Source: Eledone cirrhosa (Eukaryota). Taken from it: a stretch of DNA of 64,000 nucleotides. Where the stretch lies: positions 161,076,001 through 161,140,000 of the forward strand of contig OZ024740.1 in NCBI GenBank assembly GCA_964016885.1, given 5' to 3'. The position numbers and the translations under genes are program-made. Positions within the stretch are counted from its first letter, which is position 1. Each line of letters starts with the position of its first letter. Below, piece after piece: positions 30,328-43,006 of the stretch. Below the pieces are notes generated by a model. The model did not search any database and was not told the DNA's origin. It was given only the letters and a program-made list of their open reading frames with translations.

Positions 30328-33300
30328 CTATTGGAGGGCTCCCTTGTAAACCACATTTTTTGTAAATCTTCCGGGAGCGTAGTAAAAGAGACTTGCTGAG
30401 TTTCCAACTCTTGAACATCCCTCATACAGTTGTCCGTGTGAAAAACATGGGGTACTGAGGTCCAGCCCAACCACTTTTAGTGATTGCCCCTGGGCTTTGT
30501 TAATGGTGATTGAAAAACTTAACCGAATGGGGAATTGAACTCTTTTCATCGGAAAGACACAGTCAGTTGGAATAAGTGGAACTCGGGAAATAAAAAGAGA
30601 GCACCAGCGCCTTTTCCAGCAATGATTGTAGCCTCGAGAACGTCATCCAACATTTGCGTTATAACCAAGCGTGTGCCATTGCAAAGCCGAGGAGGTTCCA
30701 AATTTCTTAAGAGTATGATGGGACATCCAAGTCTTAGGCAGAGTTTATGCGGTGGCATTCCCGATGGTTCTTGTGAGTTTAAAAACTCTGTTGGGTAAAA
30801 CGTTACTTGCGTTGGATCCGTAATCGAATCAATCGAAGCATAACATCGCTCTTGGGAAGGAAGTTGATAAAGCAGACATGTGTTAATAGCTTGGACGGTG
30901 GCATTCGTAGGGGCTAAGATAGCCCTTTCACACATCCATTGATGACTGACGTAATTTGTTGAGAGGTCGGGATAAACTTTTGTGCAAAGGTCCCCAGGGC
31001 TGGAGACGTAGTTGCCGATGGTACTTATGTCAACGAAACCGTTTACGTCGATTAGTAAGTTCCCATTACCAACATCCAATAACTTTGAAGCAAAATAATT
31101 GTTACCGTCTTGTTGGTGGAGAATCGATCGCATGTTGATGGTTAACATTCTCGACTGGACGAAGCGCCAAAAATGAGAATGTTTAATGCAAGCGTCTATT
31201 TCATCACCTGGTTGACCTTTTGGGATGATGGGAAGAGTTTGACGAAAATCCCCAGCAAGAAGCAGAACGACGCCACCGAAAGGTTTAGAGTTGGAGCGCA
31301 GGTCTTGTAGCGTTGCATTGATTGCATGAAGTGCATTCTTGTGAGACATTGTCGCCTCATCCCAGACAATCATTTTGCATTTTCGAAAGACAGCAGCCTC
31401 ATCAGAATTCTTCTTTACATTAGTGGTCGGATTTTCAACATGACCAATGTTAAGGGGAAGCTTAAATGTTGAATGGACTGTTCTGCCGCCGTCTAGCAGT
31501 GTCGCTGCTATTCCTGAAGATGCCATTGCAATGGCAATCTGTCCATGTTGGCGAACTTTGGCAAGAAGGAGGTTTAGTAGAAATGTCTTTCCTCTGCCAC
31601 CTGGCGCATCAAGGAAGAGGATGCCACCGTTTATGTCTTCAAGCATGGTCAAAACAAAAGTATAGACATCAGCTTGTTCAGAATTCAAAAGTTTTTCTCT
31701 TTTTTGAATGTAGGACAGAAGCCTGGCAGCATTGTAGCATGTCTCCCTTAGTACGTGGCGGTTACAAACAGCCTCATTTTCTCTTTTAGGGGATTCCATA
31801 TAGTAGTTCTTCAAGGGATGGACGGTCATTTCCAAAAGTATATCTTCTAGAAATATGAGACCGCAATTGTACATTTCATGTGTAAACTGTAAATTCATGT
31901 CTGTGGACGCAAAGCGAGATTGCATTAGGATGTCCAAGCACATGCTGTCACGATATTTATCCCAGAAAGTCTGTTGATTCCCAAGACTGCAGTATACCAG
32001 CATAACGGCGAAAAGCTTACGAAGAGCAATTGGTGACTGCAACATTGATGCTTCATGGAGGGCGTGGTCATAGTGGTCATCGTTGTCGAGAAGACCTAAT
32101 TTGGAGCAGGCCTCTTTAATTGTTGACCAAATATGGCCATTGACGGTACGGAGGTCTTCAAAGGAAGTCGGACCTTTGATAACGTGCAATTGAAGACGAA
32201 GGTGAAAACATTCTGAATTGAGCGGGTGAACTGTGTACACTCTTGAGAGGGCATCAGACTCACGCATCAAAGCATCCCTTTGTGAAATGCGTCCTCGCTT
32301 TCTTCTTTGCAACAGCGGGAAGATTTATTCCACGTGTAGAATGTAGGCAACTCCGCATAAAGAAGTGTTCTGGCAAAAGATTCTGAAGTACAAATTTCAA
32401 AGAACCCGGTAAAGGTCCTTCTTCGAGGTTGTCTTGCACAGTCAAGCATATTTTCTTGGTTAAAATACACCCGTTGACCATTCTCCAAATGAACGCTGAG
32501 ATGAATAACTGCAGGTTCACGTTCATGGATCGAAAAACCGAATATGCGCCAAAATCCCTCGTTAGAAGAGATGTAGCGTCCAGTTTGAAAACACGTGACT
32601 TCATCTGTGGCAGCATCAGGGTTATCGCTTTTAGCCAACTCAATAACTGCTCGAACAGCTCCCTTATGGACATACTTGCAGATGTATTGGATTGCTTTGA
32701 CGGAGTTGCAGAATTCAACGTTAATATGGGCTGAAAACATTTTACATAGCACCTTGTTGTGTGGTACAACCCATCGGTTGTCAATAGTGAAATCTTGACC
32801 ACCAAGCATTGTTATATTTGCCATATGTCAACCCTCCTGCGGTGCTCGGCGACGGTATGAAGGGTAGCCATCATCACCAGTTTTGGTTTCATTGATGAGT
32901 TTACGTGGGTAACGCTTTGTACATCTCCTATTGTCCATACATGCAGGTTTTGGATTTAGGTGGCCACACGGGCCATGTATCATGTTGGCTTTTATGATTT
33001 GAAATAGCGAAGGTCTTCTTGGAGATTTGGCAATTCAGCACTGATAATGGAATCAACATCAGTTGACATAAGTTTCTTTTGAAGCCAAAGGAGAATATGG
33101 GCATGTGGGAGTCCTCTCTTCTGCCATTCTACTGTGTACATGAAGCACCTTACTGGTCCAAAAAGTTGTCCGTATTTTAAAACATCCATCATTTTTATAA
33201 GCTTTATGTGAAACACTCTGGATGTGATATCATGCCTGTGTGAAGGATTTTGGCCATGAAGTAAATGAGACTGGATGTCAAACCATTTTGGATTGCATGT

Positions 33301-34879
33301 AAATGTGATAAAAAGATCAGGACGGCCACAATGGCGGACATAGGTCAGAGCATCCTGCATTTTTTCATGCATGTAACGGGGGCCTCCAGTGTATGATGAT
33401 GGGAGAATGACAGAAAGCCCAACATCCGAAGCATTAGCCTGATCATTTCGGTTTACTTCGTCACGTAGATTGCAGTATTCTTCTGAACGCAGTTCCTTTT
33501 GATGATGTCTTATCCATTGGAGGCGTTCAGTGTCAATCTTAGCAAATATGTCTACACAGTATTGATTGAGGAGCATCCGTGTTCTATGCAGAATGTTGGC
33601 GTCGTTTTTGCGAAACATAAGTCTAAATGCATAAAATTCCATTTGTGAAATGGTTTTCCCTGGTGTAAGATGCATTAAACTTACAGGATTACACTTCTGC
33701 AAATCAATGCGGTAGCCATCGTCGCCAAAGGGGAACAGCAATGGATACTGGAGAGCATCATATGCGGGATGAAGTTCATTTATTTTTTGAAGATGCGAGT
33801 CCTGCCATTCAATAACAATATCACGGTTTGAAGCGTTCTCATTAGGACGTGTTATAATCACCGCAACTTCATCGGTTTGGGGTCTATTAAAGCAACCCTG
33901 ATGCTGCCCAGGTGGAGCGTGGTCATTTCGAATGACAACCTTGTATTGATTGTTGTTAGCATCTCTACGTTGTAAAGCAGTTTTGAAAATGGTGATGTAC
34001 GGGTTTATGGAATGAAGCATATATTGAAGGGGCTGCAGAAGAGAAGGTGTCGTTCCTTTAGCAACTGAAGCCCTTCGTGCAATTTCTTCAGGTCCGTTGC
34101 CCATAAAGTAGATCTGGAGAAAACTGTGTTCTTTGCCATCTTGTGGAATAAGTGATCCTATTTGATGGTAAATTTGGCCTTGCACTTTAAATGTGGGTAT
34201 ATAATTCCCATCTTTTATTGGTGTATGACCAAAGCTTGTCATTTGGAAAGCCGAATTGTAGGCTCTTATATTTCTGAAAAAGTGTTTAGAATCAGGGTGG
34301 TCTCCAAGCAGCAGAGAATTCAAAGGTTCGGCACCGACTTGTAAATAAGGCAATCTAACCGTTCCATCGGAGCAACATATACCGGTAGATTCCGCTGGCC
34401 ACCTCATTGCATTACAATGGACGCAAACAGTTGACATACTACCAATGATGATATGTGGATGGATGCGTAGTCCTCTTGGGGGTTGTATTGAAAACCTTTC
34501 TTAGACCAGTAACAGGAAGAATCCTTCGGAAAGACATAAGTACGCATTTTCCGTTGAGAATCAGCCGCAAGCCTTGTTGCCCTTTGGTCAACAGTCTCTA
34601 AAGCACGGCTATTGGAATTAGAAGCAACATTGCGAGCACGCCGGAGTTCTGCTTGTTCAGCTTTCTGTAATGCTCTGATGTTCAAAATAGAGGCAGCATT
34701 GTGAGCACGCTGGAGTTCTGCTTGTTCAGTTGTTTGTAATGCTCCGGCCGTCGAGGTAGAAGCAGCATTGCGAGCACGCCGTAGCACACATTGTTCTTCT
34801 GTTTCGCTTGCGCGCAAAGAACGCAAAGCAAAAGCATTTTTTGTTTTTTTTCCAATGTTACTCTTTCTTTTTCGAGGCA
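30328..34879 (-). CDS. Helitron Rep/PIF1-like helicase (RepHel), frameshifted
   Basis: Rep motifs PDLFITFTCNP, VEWQKRGLPHAHILL and YICKYVHKG; helicase motifs LDAPGGRGKT, IVWDEATM, GDFRQTLP, RLCNGTRL, QFPIRLSFSITINKAQGQS and FSHGQLY; spread over at least five frames. Confidence 0.96.
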
Positions 34880-35232
34880 TTCTACCGAAAATATGTAATT
34901 GAATAAAGCTGATACAAATCAATTAAAAGAAATAAATAGTTGTGTACAATGTGTAAATTTTTGTAATAATAAGCAAGACGAAAAAGTATATTTTATCATC
35001 TGCTTTTTCTACACGGGAATTATATATTAGATTTTCATACTTACAAAATAATGTTGCTAATATCATGTTTAGCAGTGTCGGTTGAGCAATGTGTAAATAT
35101 TTGATTAAAAACCAAAAGACAAACAGTAAATATATTTCAACCTCTGAATAAGTATTAAAGAAATGACGATTTTCACTTTGAAAATATGATTTATGACATC
35201 AAAACTGCTTTAGAGTTTAATTTTTTGAATAA

Positions 35233-35542
35233 AAAGTATCGTCTGTTATTTCTTACAATTAACATATTTATACACACACATGCACACACGCACACACACA
35301 CGCACGTACACACACACACAAACACATACACACACAAACATACACACACATACACACAAACACACACACAACACACACACACATACACACACAATCCCAA
35401 GACGTGACGTTGTGGAAGGGGTAGAGTTAAGAAGTGTAATAAGTTAAAATTATAAACACTGTATTTATCGCTAAAGTATCGTCTGTTATTTCTTACAATT
35501 AACACATACACACACACATACACACACGCACACACATACGCA

Positions 35543-35587
<45 letters not shown>

Positions 35588-35955
35588 ACACAAACACACA
35601 CACATACACACACACACATACGCACACAATCCCAAGACGTGACGTTGTGGAAGGGGGGAGAGTTAAGAAGTGTAATAATTAAGTTAAAATTATAAACGCT
35701 GTATTTATCATATTCGCGTCACACACACTCCTCTCTTTCTTTATTTTACTCTCTCTCTCTCACTCCTCTCTTTCTATCTCCCTCTCACACATCCTTCTCT
35801 CTCTGGCCGTTATGGAAATTACACACACACACACATACACACACATGCACGCACACATACACACACAGACACATACACACACATATACACACGCACATAC
35901 ACATACAATCCAATAACGTCGTGTTGTGGAAGGGGGAGAGTTAAGAAGTGTGTAA
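35233..35955. repeat. Approximately 240-bp tandem units containing (CA)n, upstream of the Helitron ORF
   Basis: aagtatcgtctgttatttcttacaattaacat and caatcccaagacgtgacgttgtggaagggg each recur 2-3 times. Confidence 0.85.
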
Positions 35956-36312
35956 AAGGAACGCTCTCTCTCTTTAATGGCCGTCATGGAATTTGTTAGT
36001 GCAAAAGTCTATAAGATTATAAAATCGAAGTTTGTGACTTCGAAATTAATATTTATGAAATAATTTTTTCTTTATGTTACAAACCGTAGCCTATTTTGGC
36101 TATGTGTTTAATTTGACAGAGATGGATGGAATATTTTCCAAGTGAAACTCTTTTACACACACACAGAACGGGAATTATATATATATATATGTATTTGTAT
36201 ATATATGTATATATACATATATACATATATAGTAATAATAAAAAATTTGAAGACTAAAATCCAAAGAGGGCTCGATAAGGATAAATATATATCAAATATA
36301 TAAGAACCAACA

Positions 36313-36399
<87 letters not shown>

Positions 36400-36470
36400 C
36401 ATATATATATATATATATGAAAGACGTACAATAAGAAAATTATAAAAATTAACTTACTTACTAAAATTGC

Positions 36471-36553
36471 ACTCCAACTAATTAGTTTCTGAAATGGAAT
36501 AAACATGGTTTCCAAATGGAAAGCATGGAGAAACCATTTCGTCATCAGGAAGT
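36471..36553 (-). ncRNA. Type I hammerhead ribozyme with a 52-nt helix II domain, in a (TA)n-flanked insert (36418-36830)
   Basis: Minus strand: acttc CTGATGA c-gaaatgg...ccatttc-a GAA ACTAATTAGT T ggagt. Confidence 0.85.
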
Positions 36554-36826
36554 CGTTCTCAGCTAAGATCCCAGGCGATGCGTGGACACAGGGAACTTAT
36601 ACAAAAATAATTCAGTGGATGGAAAAAAGCAAGCGTGGACTAAATTCCAAGACATTGAAAAAAATCACTGCCTACTTGGTCGGTGGCAAATTCAAAAGAA
36701 TCAATCACGTGACATCGAGGTTTTCTGCATACCCTTGCATTGAACCACAAAGTTACTAAGACAAAACCTATATATTTGCTAGCATAGATATGCATCTGTA
36801 TATATATGTTGGTAAATATATTAATT

Positions 36827-36887
<61 letters not shown>

Positions 36888-36913
36888 TGTACTTGTATAT
36901 ATATGTATATAGT

Positions 36914-37035
36914 GGAGGCCCGGGGCTGAGCGGTTGGAGAATTAGATTCGCAATCGTGAGATTGTGGGTTCGATTCCCGGACCAGGCGATGCATTATGTC
37001 CTTGGGCAAGACACTTTATTTCACATTGCTCCTTC
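36914..37035 (+). mobile_element. tRNA-derived SINE head with a CORE-like block
   Basis: A-box-like ggctgagcggtt, B box ggttcgattcc, then tgtccttgggcaagacacttt. Confidence 0.8.
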
Positions 37036-37169
37036 TACCTGGAGATGCACACGATAGAGAGTATTAGCAATTAGAAAGACCAATGGAAACATCGTTTCCT
37101 AGGTCCGATTTGACAAAAAAAGTCGATCGACTGTCGATATATGTATATATATATAAGTATATATGTATA

Positions 37170-37222
<53 letters not shown>

Positions 37223-37351
37223 ATATATATGTATATATATATGTATATATATGTATATATATACTATACATATATATGTATATATATATGTATATATATA
37301 TATGTATATATATGTATATATATACTATACATATATATGTATATATATATG

Positions 37352-37460
<109 letters not shown>

Positions 37461-37530
37461 ATATCACCTTGATCACCTTGACCGACCAGTCTGTCGGGCT
37501 GGAGGCCTTCCGAGTGGTCGTTTCCGTAAC

Positions 37531-37610
<80 letters not shown>

Positions 37611-37653
37611 ATATCTACATATATATATGTATATATATATATGTATATATATA

Positions 37654-37748
<95 letters not shown>

Positions 37749-37821
37749 ATATATACATATATATATGTATATATATATGTATATATATATATATGTGTAT
37801 ATATATATGTGTATATATATA

Positions 37822-39138
37822 TGTCAGGTCACCAGTTGGTGCTACTGGTAACATGTATCCCAGTACAACCTGTCTCATTGTCGGGTCGTTGGCGACTAAA
37901 CTGGCAACGCCACTAAGGTTTCTTGCTGAGGAGGGTGACTTTGAACACCCTGCAGGACTAAAAACAAAACCTGTCAAAGGGCAAAGGAGCTCTTAAGAGT
38001 CAATGGCCATCCAAAATCACCGGGAGAGATGACCCCTTAGCCTTTGTCAAGGCAGAATTCTAGGAGAAGGAAAACTCTGATATAACACCTGCAACCCTGA
38101 TGGTATCCAATGATGTTGACTTGTTCTTCTTTTTGGTAAATATCATCTTGGTTAAGAGAGTGGGACTGGCTTTGTGCAGTGCTTTTGCTCACTATAAAAG
38201 CTTCACGGCACAGGCATTGCTTTATATCTGGAGATCTCTTTGCACTTGTCATCACATGGTGCCATGTGCCCAGCACTGTGTGTCAATAATTGTCACAAGT
38301 GTAGTGTTTGTACCAGAGTTTTCAAGTCGCTGGCTAGACTAAAAAGTCACACTCATTCAGCGCATCGGTAGGGGTTCTCCTACATGGATATAAAGTATTG
38401 GCCGTATTCGAAAACGAGTTGGCAGCCACCATGTATGTATGTATGTATGTATGTATGTATGTATGTATGTATGTATGTATGTATCTATGTATGTATGTAT
38501 GTATGTATGTATGTATGTATGTATGTATGTGACAGGTTGTACTGGGATACATGTTGCCAGTAGCACCAACTGGTGACCTGACACAGGTCGGGTCGTTGGC
38601 GACTAAACTGGCAACCCCACCAAGGTTTCTTGGTGAGGAGGGTGGCTTTGGACATCCTGCAGGACTAAAAACAAAACCTGTCAAAAGGCAAAGGGGCTCT
38701 TAAGAGTCAATAGCCATCCAAAATCACCGGGAGAGATGACCCCTTAGCCTTTGTCAAGGCAGAATTCTAGGAGAAGGAAGACTCTGATATAACACCTGCA
38801 ACCCTGATGGTATCCAATGATGTTGAATTGTTCTTCTTTTTGGTAAATATCATCTTGGTTAAGAGAGTGGGACTGGCTTTGTGCAGTGCCTTTGCTCACT
38901 ATAAAAGCTTCACAGCACAGGCATTGCTTTATATCTGGAGATCTCTCTGCACTTGTCGTCACATGGTACCATGGGCCCAGGACTATATGTCAATAATTGT
39001 CACAAGTGTAGTGTTTGTACCAGAGTTTTCAAGTCGCTGGCTGGACTAAAAAGTCACATTCGTTCAGCGCATTGGTAGGGGTTCTCCTACATGGATATAA
39101 AGTAGTGGCCGTACTCGAAAACGAGTTGGCAGCCACCA
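37822..39138 (+). mobile_element. Two copies of an approximately 600-bp non-coding element (37822-38431 and 38586-39138), the second with an inverted 5' piece (38530-38583); possibly derived from an RTE 5' UTR
   Basis: Direct alignment by eye. Both copies end ggcagccacc followed by a microsatellite and carry gggtcgttggcgactaa and ctaggagaaggaa(a/g)actctga motifs, recalled from RTE-type 5' UTRs. Confidence 0.7.
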
Positions 39139-39199
39139 TATATTTATATATATATATATATATACATATATATATGTATATACATATACATATATATAC

Positions 39200-39232
<33 letters not shown>

Positions 39233-39287
39233 CATATATACCTATATACATATATATACATATATATACATATATACATATATATAA

Positions 39288-40198
39288 ACGGAAAAAATGA
39301 AACGAAGTTTCATTTCTCACTCTTAGTATTTCTGTTACTTAAATATAAGTATATGTATGTATACCGATTAACTCACTCGATATGCAAATTAGGCTGCTCA
39401 GCCGTTAATATGCATAAGGAAGGTTTATACTTTCAGACGTTCAACCATCTGGCAGGAATGTATACGTTGCTGACGATAGCTAATAAGCTTGAATCTGGTA
39501 CAGCGTTCCTTTGTCAGTGTTGAACAAATGAGCAACGCTGGTTGCTAGACACTGTACGGCTTAATTCGGGATGTTTGTTTTCAGACACACCGAGCATTAT
39601 ATTAAATGTTCGGTGAATCCATACGTACATATATATATGTGTGCATGTATGTATATATATCCATACTACTGTACGTCTGTACACATATATGTATGTACGT
39701 ATACATACTTATATTTGGGTATCAGCCGTACTAAGATTGAGAAATAAAATTTTGTTTCATTCTGTTCCATTTATCGTTTTCGGTCCGCACAGCCGACTAA
39801 CTCACTCGATATGCAAATTAGGCTGTTCAGCCGTTAATATGCATATGGAAAGTATATACTTTCAAACGTTCAGTCATCTGACAGAAAGGTATACTATGCT
39901 GACGATATATAATAAGCTTGAAACTAGTACATCGTTTCTGTGTCAATGTTGAACAAAAGGGCGACGCTGGTTGCCGAACACTGTACGGCGTTATTCGGGC
40001 TGTTTGTTTACAAACAAACCAAACATTATAATAAATGTTCGGTAAACCGATACGTACATATATATATATATATGTGCATGTATGTATATATATCCATACT
40101 ACTCTACGTCTGTACATATATATGTATGTACGTATACATACTTATATTTAGGTATCAGCCGTAAGAGTGAGAAATTAAATTTCGTTTAATTCTGTTCC
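39288..40198 (+). mobile_element. Tandem, roughly 429-bp-period hammerhead-containing repeat (retrozyme-like); family also at 59400-59602 and 63685-64000
   Basis: CTGACGA cores at 39470 and 39899 in aligned diverged units; the terminal motif gagtgagaaatgaaatttcgtttcatt also occurs inverted. Confidence 0.8.
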
Positions 40199-40459
40199 AT
40201 ATATATATATAAATAAAGGATAACAAAATATCGTTATAGATAATCATATTAGAGGTTGTGAATACTTCTTATTATGGATAGTTTTAGCGTACGAACAGTT
40301 TCCGAAGATCTGATAGAGCTAACATCGTATTAAAATTGATAGGCACTGCTTTTAATGTTCAGCAATTTTTAGACAACTTTATCAGTGAAATAATTGTTAG
40401 AATGCAAATAAATCCCCTTTTTTTGTACTGTTGACTATGTTATTCTCCACTTTTTCAAT

Positions 40460-40562
<103 letters not shown>

Positions 40563-40582
40563 GTATATGTATATGTATATAT

Positions 40583-40646
<64 letters not shown>

Positions 40647-40890
40647 GTATATATATGTATATATATATATATATATATGTATATGTATATATATGTATAT
40701 ATATATATATATGTATATGTATATATATTGTTATACTTTGGGAGGGTCATGTTGCCAATAAGAAACACACGCACCAGTTGCTTTCACTTCAATTTATTAT
40801 ATATTTATAAATTTATAAATTTACAAATCTACAAATTTATAAATTTCTGGTTGGTTGGTTGGTTCCACAACCAGATAGTTGTTTATATAT

Positions 40891-40935
40891 AGTCATAGTC
40901 CTTTCGTCACACACTCTGTGACCTCTTCAGTGACT
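40891..40935 (-). ncRNA. Minimal hammerhead ribozyme (left arm)
   Basis: Reverse complement of 41070-41114. Confidence 0.8.
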
Positions 40936-41069
40936 GGAGATTCCTTACTTTGTTTCTGTGCCTTTCCTTTCTTCTGTCCTACGCCATTTTGTTTCTGTTG
41001 ACACACACAGAAACAAAATGGCGTAGGACAGAAGAATGGAAAGGCACAAAAACAAAGAAAGGAATCCCC

Positions 41070-41114
41070 AGTCACTGAAGAGGTCACAGAGTGTGTGACG
41101 AAAGGACTATGACT
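41070..41114 (+). ncRNA. Minimal type I hammerhead ribozyme (right arm)
   Basis: agtca CTGAAGA g gtcaca-gagtg-tgtgac GAAAG-GA-CTA tgact. Confidence 0.8.
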
Positions 41115-41334
41115 ATATATAAACAACTATCTGGTTGTGGAACCAACCAACCAACCAGAAATTTATAAATTTGTAGATTTGTAAATTTATAAATTTATAA
41201 ATATATAATAAATTGAAGTGAAAGCAACTGGTGCGTGTGTTTCTTATTGGCAACATGACCCTCCCAAAGTATAACAATATCGGTTTCAACACACGATTTC
41301 AGATAAAGAATCTTGCTAAACAAATTCAGAAACG

Positions 41335-41406
<72 letters not shown>

Positions 41407-41408
<2 letters not shown>

Positions 41409-42371
41409 TCTTTTACTCTTTTACCTGTTTCAGCCATCCGGCTGAGGCCATGCTGGGGCACCGCCCTTGTTGCTACACATTTTATCTCCAGCCTGTATAG
41501 GTTGGCCACTGGTGTAGGAGGGAGTTTGTTGCTGCTGCCCTTAGGTTTCCCTCGTGTCTTGCTGTGGGCTCATCCGGATCCTGGATAACAAGGTGTCGAG
41601 ATGTTTCTTAAAGACATCCACCTCCACGTCATGCAAGTCTCGCAGATGCCTCGGCAGCCTGTTGAAGAGTTGAGGGCCCTTGAATCCCAGGCTATTGCAA
41701 TACCTGCTCCTTATTCTAGATGTGGAAGACGGGACCTTTGGCACCACACAGTGACGTCCTGTTCGACGGTTGGTCCAGCTCCCAATGCCAAAGTCTGGTG
41801 CTAGTCCCTCCAGGATTTTCCACATGTAGATCACTGCGTATCTCTCCCGTCTTCGCTCCAAGGAGTAGAGGTTCAGTTCCTTTAGCCTCTCCCAGTAGCT
41901 TGTCTCCCTCATCTTGGCAATCCTCTTGGTATAGCTTCGCTGGATTGCCTCAAGCTCCGTGGTTAGTTTGACACTATGGGGTGACCACAGCTGGGAGCAG
42001 TAGTCCAGGCGGCTTAGGACAAAAGTCCTCCACAGTGTCAACATGGTGTCTCGATCTCTTGTAAGGAAAGTCCTCAAGATCCAGCCAGCGAATCGTCTAC
42101 ATGTTGTGGCCACCTTCATGATGTGTGAAGAAAAAGATGCATCATCGCTCATGTCTATGCCCAGGTCTCGTATCGATTTTGACACGGGGATATCGGTCCC
42201 TCCTGGTCCTGTGTAGCTGTGTTCCGCTATATTTGTGTTTGTGTTTGCAGGATTGTATTGTAAGGCTTGGAATTTGCCAGCATTAAACTGCATGTTGTTT
42301 TCTTCCGCCCATCTGTATATGGCATCCAGATCCTGCTGTAAGAGAGTGCGTCAGCCGGGTTTTTGATTGCC

Positions 42372-42372
<1 letters not shown>
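41407..42372 (-). mobile_element. 5'-truncated CR1-group LINE (RT C-terminus, 3' UTR, short (AAAAGAGT)n tail)
   Basis: [23 protein letters not shown]...RDLGI...GWILRTF...SRLDYCSQLWSP...LEAIQR...SYWERLKELNLYSLERRR; tail tactcttt x2 at 41407-41422. Confidence 0.92.

Positions 42373-43006
<634 letters not shown>

Larger units (their letters stand above)
28686..35031 (-). mobile_element. Helitron (possibly extending 5' to about 36180)
   Basis: The minus-strand 3' end has hairpin acaccgttc-aat-ggacggggt (28697-28717) followed by CTAG|T at 28689-28686. A candidate 5' end A|TCtaatatataattcccgt lies at 35031. Rep and PIF1 coding sequence is inside. Confidence 0.93.
40727..41337. mobile_element. Inverted pLTR pair with about 270-bp arms (family of 22556)
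   Basis: 40727-40997 is the reverse complement of about 41007-41279; (TA)n flanks. Confidence 0.92.

Noticed and set aside
36914-36990. Functional tRNA gene
   Set aside because: The acceptor stem is poor and the sequence continues into a SINE body.
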